From Escherichia coli (GTDB lineage: Bacteria; Pseudomonadota; Gammaproteobacteria; Enterobacterales; Enterobacteriaceae): a stretch of 64,000 nucleotides of DNA. Position 1 is the stretch's first letter. Each line of letters opens with the position of its first letter. A program made the position numbers and the translations under genes. Below are positions 36,893-46,687 of this stretch, one piece after another. Location: NCBI RefSeq assembly GCF_036507355.1, contig NZ_AP027877.1; one strand, written 5' to 3'. The notes under the pieces were generated by a model that was not told the DNA's origin, ran no database searches, and saw nothing but the letters and a program-made list of their open reading frames with translations.

Positions 36893-37366
36893 TTATTTAA
36901 AATTAAAGCCATCCGGATGGTTTTCCAGGCTGCCGGTCAACGCCGCGAACAGCACCGTTTTACCATCAATCGAAAGCGCATCGTTCACATTCAGCCAGGT
37001 GAGTTTCTCTTGCGACGTTTTCTCATCAATAGTCGAGAACAGCCCCGTCATCTGATTAGATTTCTCGGACCACATCACAGCGATACGTTGCGAGCCACAG
37101 TCATGCGGTTTGCACGCGCTCATCACCTGATACGTCTCATCTCCCAACGTTACGGTTTGTGCGGGAGTATAAGTACCGCCTTTCATCACCCATGCAGGTA
37201 GCTTATGCCCTTGCACCATCTGATTAAACGCAGCTTTGGTGGTTTCGCCCTTTGCCAGGCTGCTAATGGTTAAATCATCCTGCGCCATTGCACTGGTGGC
37301 GATGACCAGAGCGGCGACTGTCGTTATTGCCTTAAACATCATTCCTCCCGAGCTTATCCTGCCCAT
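36893..37366 (-). CDS. ivy: inhibitor of vertebrate lysozyme (157 aa)
   Basis: Signal peptide plus ..CKPHDCGSQRIAVMW.. motif. Confidence 0.9.
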   Translation of the reverse strand: MGRISSGGMMFKAITTVAALVIATSAMAQDDLTISSLAKGETTKAAFNQMVQGHKLPAWVMKGGTYTPAQTVTLGDETYQVMSACKPHDCGSQRIAVMWSEKSNQMTGLFSTIDEKTSQEKLTWLNVNDALSIDGKTVLFAALTGSLENHPDGFNFK

Positions 37367-37519
37367 GTTATTAACCTCCTAAAGCCTGGCGATAACACGA
37401 TAATTTGCAAATCAGATATTTCCAATATCAGCATTTGTTATCAATTTATTCTGCGCTAAGGCAACTGCCTGATAAGGTGTTAAAGTTATAAAACCCTTCG
37501 CATAAAGGAGTTGTACACC

Positions 37520-38287
37520 GTGCCTGGTTTGAAGATTACGCTTTTGCAGCAACCACTGGTGTGGATGGATGGCCCTGCCAACCTGCGTCATTTTGATCGT
37601 CAACTGGAAGGTATTACCGGGCGCGATGTGATCGTTCTACCGGAGATGTTTACCAGCGGCTTTGCCATGGAAGCGGCTGCTTCGTCGCTAGCACAAGATG
37701 ACGTAGTGAACTGGATGACAGCCAAAGCGCAGCAGTGCAATGCGCTGATTGCAGGCAGTGTTGCATTACAAACGGAGTCTGGTTCGGTTAACCGCTTTTT
37801 GCTGGTTGAGCCGGGCGGCACGGTACATTTTTATGATAAGCGTCATCTGTTCCGCATGGCAGATGAGCATCTGCATTATAAAGCGGGCAATGCGCGAGTG
37901 ATTGTGGAATGGCGCGGCTGGCGTATTTTGCCGTTGGTGTGCTACGACTTACGTTTTCCGGTGTGGTCGCGCAATCTCAACGATTATGACCTCGCCATCT
38001 ACGTTGCCAACTGGCCTGCTCCGCGCTCTCTGCACTGGCAGGCATTGCTGACGGCCCGCGCGATTGAGAATCAGGCGTATGTGGCGGGATGCAATCGCGT
38101 CGGCAGCGATGGCAACGGCTGCCATTATCGCGGTGACAGCCGGGTGATTAATCCACAGGGCGAGATTATCGCTACTGCCGACGCGCATCAGGCAACGCGC
38201 ATTGATGCGGAGCTGTCGATGGCGGTGTTAAGGGGATATCGCGATAAGTTTCCGGCATGGCGGGATGCGGATGAGTTTAGGTTGTAG
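37520..38287 (+). CDS. yafV: nitrilase-superfamily omega-amidase YafV (GTG start)
   Basis: [31 protein letters not shown].. inside ORF 37511..38287. Confidence 0.9.
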   Translation: MPGLKITLLQQPLVWMDGPANLRHFDRQLEGITGRDVIVLPEMFTSGFAMEAAASSLAQDDVVNWMTAKAQQCNALIAGSVALQTESGSVNRFLLVEPGGTVHFYDKRHLFRMADEHLHYKAGNARVIVEWRGWRILPLVCYDLRFPVWSRNLNDYDLAIYVANWPAPRSLHWQALLTARAIENQAYVAGCNRVGSDGNGCHYRGDSRVINPQGEIIATADAHQATRIDAELSMAVLRGYRDKFPAWRDADEFRL

Positions 38288-38289
38288 TG

Positions 38290-38530
38290 AGTGGGTGTTG
38301 TGTTTAGGGCTGGGGAGAGTCGGGGAAGACTACGAAAGCCCGCTCTCCTGCGACCACTTTTATCATAGGAGTGTGGAAGTGCTTTTCCATCAATCGCGAT
38401 GACGTCTTTGTCATTTGATGAATGGCAGTCACGCATCCAGTTAATAAAGCATTCGTGAAATTATACTGAACGGATACAAGACATAACTCTAATTATGGTG
38501 CCGTGAACAGGATTACCATTTTCAAAATTA
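38290..38530 (-). pseudogene. H-repeat (ISAs1-family) transposase fragment, yafF-like
   Basis: Minus-strand reading ..[27 protein letters not shown].. matches the mid-region of H-rpt transposases (YhhI-like); ~85% identical to a second copy at 40301..40455. Confidence 0.5.
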
Positions 38531-38560
38531 CGATATTATTTGCAGTAATTATGTTATTAA

Positions 38561-39040
38561 TCATTGTGATATTTCCATCTCTGTGATTAATACCGGATAA
38601 GCATTTAATTGCAGAGTTTGCACGAAATTATCGCAGATAACTGGCAATAACAATAACCCATCAGCCCGCTGCTGTAATACCTCCATTCGTTCTACTGATT
38701 CAACATTAACAACCAAACCAAGGGCATTTAGCGATTTAAGGATCTCCAGATGTTCACTCATCCAGCGCAGAGAAAAAGGATCATCACCAATTATAAAAAC
38801 AGGCCCCCAGCCGGTTAATAACTGGCGTTTCATTACGGAGCCAGGATGAAGTCGAGTACATATTACAGGAAATACCCCCTGTTGCGATGGTTCCGATGAT
38901 GTGGATAATTCAGAAATATTTTGCATTGTTAGTGAAGAATTAACATCCATTAATAATGGTGAAACAACCTCACTTTCCTTGCTAGTAATGGCTGCACTAA
39001 TCTGAAAGGAAAATAACAATATTATTACGTATAAACTCAT
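38561..39040 (-). CDS. Small secreted or membrane protein of unknown function (159 aa from MSLYVIILLFSFQISAAITS)
   Basis: ORF 38561..39073; N-terminal hydrophobic signal-like segment; possibly the counterpart of K-12 ykfM by position (uncertain). Confidence 0.45.
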   Translation of the reverse strand: MSLYVIILLFSFQISAAITSKESEVVSPLLMDVNSSLTMQNISELSTSSEPSQQGVFPVICTRLHPGSVMKRQLLTGWGPVFIIGDDPFSLRWMSEHLEILKSLNALGLVVNVESVERMEVLQQRADGLLLLPVICDNFVQTLQLNAYPVLITEMEISQ

Positions 39041-39139
39041 TTTTAACATAACACATTCAATCCGTTTATTCATGTTATAGAATAATGATGCTATAAATCA
39101 TCATTAATGTTCAATTATTTAATCACACAATTTAAAAAA

Positions 39140-39571
39140 TCATTGACCAATGTGAATTGGCAATGTACCACTCAAGTTAAAATCACTGAATATTTTATCA
39201 ATTTCTCTTGCAGTTTCTATATATTTAACCTCTTTCGTACTTGCATTATAAATAGCCCAAGCCTCGGAATGGGATGTTTCACCAAACCTTACAAAAAAAC
39301 TTGATTTCATATTATTATATAAATTAACATCAGGAAAAGGATCTTCTCCAAAATTAGTAGTATTGAATAATGAAAGTTCGTATCGCTTAGAAAATTCTAT
39401 TGGTAGGATAGCTTCACTGCCATCAATAGCATTCATCCAGAGTTTGTTACCATTATATTCCAACAATAATCTCTGTTTTGCATGTGTCTTATCTCGTTCT
39501 TTAACGACAGCGAATACCTTTTTAACAACTTGCTGTGCGGATGGTCCTATTGTATTACCAAAAGCTGGCAA
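39140..39571 (-). CDS. Hypothetical protein, start uncertain (TTG start in track; out-of-frame ATG with strong SD just upstream)
   Basis: ORF 39140..39571; AT-rich; lies between two H-rpt fragments. Confidence 0.35.
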   Translation of the reverse strand: MPAFGNTIGPSAQQVVKKVFAVVKERDKTHAKQRLLLEYNGNKLWMNAIDGSEAILPIEFSKRYELSLFNTTNFGEDPFPDVNLYNNMKSSFFVRFGETSHSEAWAIYNASTKEVKYIETAREIDKIFSDFNLSGTLPIHIGQ

Positions 39572-39799
39572 CCCGATTTTGCCATAAACACTCTCCTAAA
39601 TGAAATAAATATCCGTTTTATCGGCCTCGACAATATCTACCATTTATCCCTCCAAACAAGACCTGACTCCAGGACAAGAGCATAGTGTGTAGTAAACACT
39701 TCATGCTCTTGCCCTGACCATTGAAATAACAACTTTCGTTTGTTTACTGTACGCTGTCTAAATAGCTGCGTGGAATAAAGTTGCACTTTTTATCATCCC

Positions 39800-40640
39800 T
39801 TGCAGAGCAAGATTACGAAAGCCCGCCCCCGCAAGGACTGACGCGAGGTAGTCTCTGTCCGCAGCTGCTTTTCACATCTTACATCTTGCCCCTGCCATGA
39901 GTATCTTATCTTTCGTTAAAATATTAATAGCGATCTTCCGTATCCCTGAAAATAATTCTGCTGCATTTCCTCTTCTTATTTTGAAGTCATCTTTATTCAT
40001 TACCACGTCCAGATGCCAGTGCAATTTATTCTCCACTTGCCAGTGATTTCGGTTCGCTGTGGCGAACTTCTCTGCGGTTAAATCAGCAGAAATGCTATAA
40101 TATCTGACCGTCATTTCGGGATTTTTCTTTTGTTCTGCTATTATTGAGCGAAATGAGACTGCCATGCATAATTTCTTCAGCCCTTTCCATTCAAACGTAA
40201 AATCAATAAATTCATCAGAGACATGCAAACAATATGAAGACGGATTTTAATGACATAAATTGCTCCCTTGTGACGACTCTTGTCATAAGAGTGCCGGAGC
40301 GTTTTTCCATCAATTGCGATGATGTCTTTATCATCTGAAGAATGACAGTCACGCATCCAGTTAATAAAGCACTCGTAAAATTTTGCAGGACTGATACAGG
40401 ATACAACTCTGGCAATGATATCGTGAACAGGAATACCATTTTCAAAATCACCATATCACTTCAAAAAATCGAGATGTGTTTCCCCAAATCCTCTATATCT
40501 TCCCAGCCTTATGCACCAGAAATAACGGCGCAAATAGTTAACAGATAGAATATCTGGCAATTTATGTTCCACTTTCCAGGCTTGCCTGTAATCGGGGATA
40601 ATAGAAATATGTTCCATCAATTTTTTAAGTTCCATTTTAC
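39800..40640 (-). pseudogene. H-repeat (ISAs1-family) transposase, disrupted by internal deletion and frameshifts
   Basis: N-terminus [26 protein letters not shown].. near 40640, mid part ..[11 protein letters not shown].., C-terminal part 39872..40228 (..[45 protein letters not shown]..). Confidence 0.7.
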
Positions 40641-40892
40641 CCCCCTTAATTATGCAATGAGTATTTGATCATGTATAAGCAATGAAAAACAGCTTTAGGT
40701 AATAAGGAACACCTCAATTATTGAACATAAAATGCGAATTATTTAGTACAAAAAAAGCAGTATTACGTGATTTTTCCCTGGGAGTACAGTGTGAAGTTTC
40801 CGGCATGGCGGGATGCGGATGGGTTTGAACTGGGGTGATTAGGCACTACATGTCTACATTTTCCCGGTCACCACCCCCTCAATCTTATGAAC

Positions 40893-42953
40893 TTAACCTC
40901 GGCTCACCGTTTTCGATTCCATCCAATAAATGACCCGGTTGGATGTGGGCTGATCGCCAACAACTTTGCCATCTGCAGAGATTAGCTTCAGCTCTTTATT
41001 AGCCTCATCACCGAAGTAAATCATACGGTAGCGAAAATAACCGCCCCAGGGTTCACGTCCACCCAGCGGACTTTGCATAAACCAGGCGCGGGAGTCGTGA
41101 ACCTGGTCATCATAGAGGGCCAGTAATTCAGCGCATGGCTGAGTACGCGTTCCCGTTCCCAGTGAATCAATAAAAAATTGTGGATAGAGTCCGTCTCCCA
41201 TAGCCTTAATTTGCTGATATTCTTTTGCTTCATCATCGCCATTAATCAGATACACCGGATATTTAGGAATGACATCCACAAGAATCTGAATGGCTTTCTC
41301 CATGACGCTGCCGTTAATATCGCGCGTCCATCCTTTATAATCGCTCTGAAATTCTCGGGCTGCCTCTCGCAACTGATACTGAGCATTGGTTGGGTCAAGG
41401 ATAGGAATGCCCTGATTACTTTCATCAAGTGTGCCATTCCCTTTCTGCTTGTTCGCCCGCTCTTTTTCAATATTTTCCATTTGTTCTTTACGCGCTTTAG
41501 CCTCTTTATCAAGTCCATCTTTATCCAGCTGTGGCGCCTTAATATAAAAAGGTTGCACAAGAAGGCTGTTATTCGCATAGCGACCGATACGCCAGGCGGT
41601 GATCCAGCCGATCTGATCGCTAATTGCGCTTTCAAGAACCTGGGCAAGTTGATAGGAGTGATAACCTTCCCTCGTATCAATCATTTCTTCTGTACCCTGC
41701 AAGGTGGTGTTCAGCAGCGTTTGTCGCCAGATGTTGAAGCGTTTTGTTAATGAATTAGCAATCGTAAATTCCTTTACACTAGAAGGACTCATAATTCGCA
41801 GAGGCGACACACCTTTTATTAATGGAGTAACAAATTTAGAATAAACAGCAAGTGGTGCTCCTGAATCAAATGCAGCAAGATACATATCATGCAGTGCTAT
41901 CTGAGAAAGAATTTCGCCTGAGTCACCACAGGACTTCCCCTGATCGCGAACGGGATAGCCACCACCGACATCAGAGTGCATCCCCGGATAGATAATTTCC
42001 TCTGCATTTAAAGGATAATTTCCGTCTGGACGACGGATTGAATCCAGCGGAAAGCACAGCCGCTGCTCATGCGCGGCAACGAAGTGGCGGCAGCATTTAA
42101 TCAGGCCGGGAAACTGCCTCTCATCAGGGAGTTGCTGAGTACTATCGGCCCATCCCATATGACCGGCAGCGCCCGGTAAAACATGCGCCGCCCCCACAGA
42201 AGCTACGGTATCCAGCAGCCCCAAAAACTCAATACTGACAGCTAACCCGGCCAGCATCACCTGTTGCTCCTGCGGGCAAGCTAACTGAGTCAACCAGTTA
42301 ACAAAAGTTCGTGCTTCCGCTGCGCCACGGGAAAATCCGTAGATAAACAGCTTTACGTTTAGCAGGCGCGGACTGGCTTGCTCTAACAGTCCCTGTAATT
42401 TTTCCAGGTAGGGGTTAATCACATTGCGACGATTCACTTCACCAGTCATAGGCCAGGGAGCGCGCATAAGAGGAATGTGCTCTTTTGCCACATTATCATC
42501 CAGTCGCTTATGGGAAGGGTCAATGGAATAGCTCAGGGCATCCACGAGGCGTAATAATGCCCAATTAATTCGATCTTCACCACCAGTAGCGAACTCCAGC
42601 CCGCTGTTGCTGTAATCCATTTCACCTATCTTGGGAAATGGTGTGCCTACACCCGGTATATAGTAGTTAAAATATCCCTGTTCTTCTGCGTTCTGATAGG
42701 TCGTATGAAACAGTTTGGCAATATTGGTTGGGTGTCCAGGAGTGTCATTATATTCATTATTATTTGTACCATCAAAAAACAGACTAATATGCAGACTTTG
42801 ATTACACGTAAAGCCAATTCTAAATCCAGCCTGTTTACTACAGTTGGTTTTGTGCTCTTCTGTTTTATTGATTTGTTTTAGGTAGTTCGCGTTTACCTGC
42901 GCTTCAGATAATATTAATCGCCCATCTTCAGGGAACACCGGGGGGCATAACAC
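40893..42953 (-). CDS. Tle1-family phospholipase effector, DUF2235 alpha/beta hydrolase (686 aa)
   Basis: DUF2235 hallmarks: N-terminal ..HISLFFDGTNNN.. and GxSxG nucleophile elbow IYGFSRGAAEARTF; sits downstream of a vgrG stub and a DUF4123-like gene. Confidence 0.75.
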   Translation of the reverse strand: MLCPPVFPEDGRLILSEAQVNANYLKQINKTEEHKTNCSKQAGFRIGFTCNQSLHISLFFDGTNNNEYNDTPGHPTNIAKLFHTTYQNAEEQGYFNYYIPGVGTPFPKIGEMDYSNSGLEFATGGEDRINWALLRLVDALSYSIDPSHKRLDDNVAKEHIPLMRAPWPMTGEVNRRNVINPYLEKLQGLLEQASPRLLNVKLFIYGFSRGAAEARTFVNWLTQLACPQEQQVMLAGLAVSIEFLGLLDTVASVGAAHVLPGAAGHMGWADSTQQLPDERQFPGLIKCCRHFVAAHEQRLCFPLDSIRRPDGNYPLNAEEIIYPGMHSDVGGGYPVRDQGKSCGDSGEILSQIALHDMYLAAFDSGAPLAVYSKFVTPLIKGVSPLRIMSPSSVKEFTIANSLTKRFNIWRQTLLNTTLQGTEEMIDTREGYHSYQLAQVLESAISDQIGWITAWRIGRYANNSLLVQPFYIKAPQLDKDGLDKEAKARKEQMENIEKERANKQKGNGTLDESNQGIPILDPTNAQYQLREAAREFQSDYKGWTRDINGSVMEKAIQILVDVIPKYPVYLINGDDEAKEYQQIKAMGDGLYPQFFIDSLGTGTRTQPCAELLALYDDQVHDSRAWFMQSPLGGREPWGGYFRYRMIYFGDEANKELKLISADGKVVGDQPTSNRVIYWMESKTVSRG

Positions 42954-43298
42954 GGAAAAGCCAGACCACTTATTTTGCTGGACATGTTGCTGGTTCTTTT
43001 ACTTTGAGAGATTTTAATTGATGGGTATTGTTTCTACGACAATAAAGTTTTGACAAAGAAGCAAATAAAATGCATATCTTTCGATTGTCACACATTGGAA
43101 TATCGACAGAGCATTGATGATATTACGCAAAATATATTGCAGCCAAGTGAACTGACATTACGATCGAACACAAATGCAACATGATGGATACTACCATTAC
43201 ATGTCGAGCTTGATTTTCCGTTTATTTCACGATTATCTCTTGATATTAACAGCTACGGACTTTTAAACAGATAAATCTCCCCGTACATCACCACAATA

Positions 43299-44069
43299 TT
43301 ATCCTTCGAAGTCCCGCAAAGCTCCGAAATATTTCGCGTCATTGGCTCTGAAAGCAATATCAAGACAGTGGGCAAAATAGCTTTCCTGACTGAGTTCACT
43401 GACTGCTTTCTCCTTCATCAGGACTTCAGCGTCGCAGATACAGCCCATCAATCCCACCTGTACATCATCCACCCGATTCATCTCCGGGTTGTCAGTAAGC
43501 CTGCGTTCTGGTGAAAAACTTCCTGATTTCCAGTTAATCTCACCATCACGGTCTAACCAGCTCCAGAACAACGCAATATCAGTAAATGTCGCCTGCTGCT
43601 CGTTAGTCAAAACATGTGTGAACAGTAAAGGGAACACCCGATTATCATAGTAACGCAGCAATCCGGTCTGTTCTTCCCACTGAACCTGTGACAATACCTG
43701 AAGATGCCGCCCCAGCAGGTCGAATGTAAGAGGGGATATCAACAAAGTAAGACGCGGCGTATCAGCAAATGACGCCATCAGTTGTGCCAGAAATTTGCGA
43801 TGGCTACTGAGCGCAAAGTACAGGCGTAACACTACAGGGGAATACTCCATCGTCTCAGCTTCAGGCGTTCCTTCAAACAGGGCATACCAGTGAATGGCTG
43901 GCGACAGATGAAGCATATCATTTTGCAAAGGTTGGTCGGTTCCAGCCTGGTCAACAAGCACATCTATGTAATCCAAACCAGCGGCAGAACAGAATGATTC
44001 AGCTTGCTTCAGCCAGATAATATATTTGTCTTGATCGGTAGCGTGTGGCGATACTGTTATCATTGTCAT
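43299..44069 (-). CDS. DUF4123-like T6SS effector adaptor/chaperone (256 aa)
   Basis: Size and position (between vgrG 3' end and effector) typical of DUF4123 adaptors; assignment from context and general sequence character. Confidence 0.5.
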   Translation of the reverse strand: MTMITVSPHATDQDKYIIWLKQAESFCSAAGLDYIDVLVDQAGTDQPLQNDMLHLSPAIHWYALFEGTPEAETMEYSPVVLRLYFALSSHRKFLAQLMASFADTPRLTLLISPLTFDLLGRHLQVLSQVQWEEQTGLLRYYDNRVFPLLFTHVLTNEQQATFTDIALFWSWLDRDGEINWKSGSFSPERRLTDNPEMNRVDDVQVGLMGCICDAEVLMKEKAVSELSQESYFAHCLDIAFRANDAKYFGALRDFEG

Positions 44070-44075
44070 TCTCCC

Positions 44076-44447
44076 TTATCCACGAGGCGCAAAAACGGCG
44101 GCGGCTTCTTGCGCCCTTTTCAGGCACTCCTTACACACCGATTTTTCTGGCGCTTCCTCACCCTCATCGTTGTTATCATTCTGATCGGACGATGCATTAC
44201 TATCATTTTGCTCAGCCGCTAAACTTTTATCATCTGCCAGCGCTTTCAGAACCGCCGGTTGCAGCGTCGGCACCGGCGTTCCCGGACTACCGCCGCTATT
44301 GAGATTGATTTTCGGCCCGACGATGTCCACGCTCCCTGAATGGATGACCACAAACGAGCCGCCCACCTTCAGGCTTATCCGGCTGCTGCTCTCCAGCACC
44401 ACATCGCCCTCCACCTTTAACCACGCCACCGCAGTCAATGGCATCAC
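44076..44447 (-). pseudogene. vgrG: vgrG 3'-terminal stub (123 aa)
   Basis: ..KVEGDVVLESSSRISLKVGGSFVVIHSGSVDIVGPKINLNSGGSPGTPVPTLQPAVL.. aligns to the C-terminus of the vgrG at 47531..49237; shared DNA segment 44366..44402 = 47916..47952. Confidence 0.75.
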
Positions 44448-44652
44448 CGGTTCTGGCGGTAGGTTTATCGTCGATAAAGGCGAAAGAGGTGTTTCCGGCT
44501 CTTAAGAAATATTTACGCACATGCACCAGCATTACAGAAAATAAAACCTGCGATACATTTTAATCAATAAGGTTGCTTTACCAAGCTTCCATCGATATTG
44601 ATGGAAAATTCATTAGACCTAATATGAACAGAATGTTGCTCATCATCTTTAT

Positions 44653-45339
44653 CTAATATTTGATTAACAAAAAAAACGTATTTTTATCAAATTCATAATT
44701 ATCACATCCCTCTCCACTAAATGATATAGCTCTAAAATCATATTCATTACATGAGTATCTTTTCATCAAAATAGAGAGGAATGTTTCATTAATTGATTTT
44801 AATACAAACCATTTTCTCCTAACAAGTTTGTAGTTTAATGTTTTTATATGATAATTATTTAAACTGGGGAGAAATGAATGCATATCATTCAATTTTACAT
44901 CAAAATATATTTTTTTACCTGCCGTAATTTCCACCCATCGGCTCAAATTCAAATCAAGCTCAAAGGGACAAAAGCCTCCTAGATAGTCTAAGCTAATATT
45001 TCCTGATGTAATCAAGAATTCGTCATCACACAAAGCATCAAATACATCTCCATTTCCTTTTTGGAAGTTCTTTGGATAATATATTCTGGGGAGAAAATAC
45101 GATTTAGTACTACTGTTATAAAAAGTTATAGTGGCTAAAATATTTTCAGCATGTGGCTTAACCACCAATTTAACAACAACATCATTTGTTAATTCATTAC
45201 TTATATTTTCCTCTGGCGCTAAATTATGGCTAAGATAAATAATTGGTTTCCCATTGTCACTTCTTCGTTCAAAACCGAATCTGTATTTTTTTACAAAAAG
45301 ATTCTCATTATCTATTGCAATTGCAATAGATAATGGCAA
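44653..45339 (-). CDS. AT-rich hypothetical protein, candidate immunity partner of the upstream HExxH protein; start uncertain
   Basis: ORF 44653..45339 begins at TTG; an ATG with signal-like peptide MKRLAFYNLNYVVLMVFFFVFC lies upstream in another frame across T-homopolymer runs. Confidence 0.35.
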   Translation of the reverse strand: MPLSIAIAIDNENLFVKKYRFGFERRSDNGKPIIYLSHNLAPEENISNELTNDVVVKLVVKPHAENILATITFYNSSTKSYFLPRIYYPKNFQKGNGDVFDALCDDEFLITSGNISLDYLGGFCPFELDLNLSRWVEITAGKKIYFDVKLNDMHSFLPSLNNYHIKTLNYKLVRRKWFVLKSINETFLSILMKRYSCNEYDFRAISFSGEGCDNYEFDKNTFFLLIKY

Positions 45340-45512
45340 AAAACAAAGAAAAAAACCATCAGTACAACATAATTTAGATTATAGAAAGCCAACCTCTTCA
45401 TCTTATTTCCCCGTCAACTCATCAAAACATTTTTCTATCTCTTTTATTTTATCCTCTACTTTTTTTGCTAACATATTCTCATCTTGAGCTTCAATATCTT
45501 CATTATTTAATT

Positions 45513-46205
45513 TTATATAAAATATCTTTCAACATTATATGCATTCTCAAATAACTGATCTTTACGCAATGTAACCAGATCATTAGCCACTGAAACATGT
45601 TTCTCATAGCTAACTTCATCCTTATTACTTGTTGCGAACTTATTAATACCCGTATAATCCTGAGTCCACATACCACCTTTTTGATTGTCACCCCAATACC
45701 AAAATATATGGGACATTTCATGGCAAAGTGTACTTACATGAGAGTCTCTACCTGTAACCGACTGTTTTATACCATGTCTGTATTCAAAATGCGCTCCGAT
45801 ATTTACAATGTAAGGAGGATCAAGATGTGGACTAATAAAAGCAGCAAATTCATTGCAGTTCGTATAATCTTTATAGCTTTCGATCGTCAAACCATTTGCA
45901 ATCGTCATTATTCGTCTGATGCCATCCATTATGAATAGTCTCGCTTGCATTCGTTTCCCAGTATCTTCCCCAACCTTTCTGATTTTTATAATGTCCTCGC
46001 CTTTAAGGCCAAAAACTTTAATAAAATCTCGTTGTTGCTCCCCCTCCCATGACATAATATCATCTGCTCTTTTCAATAAAACCATTTTCTGTGCTTTACA
46101 AGCCTTACTCATCATTATTTTAAATTTATTTGTAATTTTTTGCGGTACTACACATACTTGCGACTCGGGTTGTGAAGTCCCACTAGTATTATTATTCCCT
46201 GCCAT
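45513..46205 (-). CDS. HExxH zinc-metallopeptidase-like protein, candidate T6SS effector (230 aa)
   Basis: ATG at 46205 preceded by GGAGGGG; motif HEMSH followed by ..WTQDYTG.. (aspzincin-like spacing); N-terminal 16 codons of track ORF 45513..46334 come from the IS600-like terminus. Confidence 0.5.
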   Translation of the reverse strand: MAGNNNTSGTSQPESQVCVVPQKITNKFKIMMSKACKAQKMVLLKRADDIMSWEGEQQRDFIKVFGLKGEDIIKIRKVGEDTGKRMQARLFIMDGIRRIMTIANGLTIESYKDYTNCNEFAAFISPHLDPPYIVNIGAHFEYRHGIKQSVTGRDSHVSTLCHEMSHIFWYWGDNQKGGMWTQDYTGINKFATSNKDEVSYEKHVSVANDLVTLRKDQLFENAYNVERYFI

Positions 46206-46349
46206 AATGCCCCTCCGGCTCAATATAAAAAGCATCCGAAAATAACAATTGGACTTTAATTTCCTGTGCTGTATCTGTATAAAAGTGAGGTAGCCTGAGT
46301 TTAACGGACACTCCTTCCTGAAATAGAATGGCATCAGAAGGAGCTAATA

Positions 46350-46652
46350 ATGAGCAGAAAAACCCAACGTTACTCTAAAGAGTTCAAAGCCGAAGCTGTC
46401 AGAACGGTTCTTGAAAATCAACTTTCGATCAGTGAAGGCGCTTCCCGATTATCTCTTCCTGAAGGCACTTTAGGACAATGGGTTACCGCCGCCAGAAAAG
46501 GGCTCGGTACTCCTGGTTCCCGCACGGTGGCTGAACTGGAATCTGAAATTCTGCAACTGCGTAAGGCGTTAAATGAAGCTCGCCTTGAGCGAGATATATT
46601 AAAAAAAGCAACAGCGTATTTTGCACAGGAGTCGCTGAAAAATACGCGTTAA
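46350..46652 (+). CDS. IS3-family transposase OrfA (IS600-like)
   Basis: MSRKTQRYSKEFKAEAVRTVLENQLSISEGASRLSLPEGTLGQWV..; HTH plus leucine zipper. Confidence 0.85.
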   Translation: MSRKTQRYSKEFKAEAVRTVLENQLSISEGASRLSLPEGTLGQWVTAARKGLGTPGSRTVAELESEILQLRKALNEARLERDILKKATAYFAQESLKNTR

Positions 46653-46687
46653 TCGAACAATGGCGACAACAATTTCCCATTGAAGCG

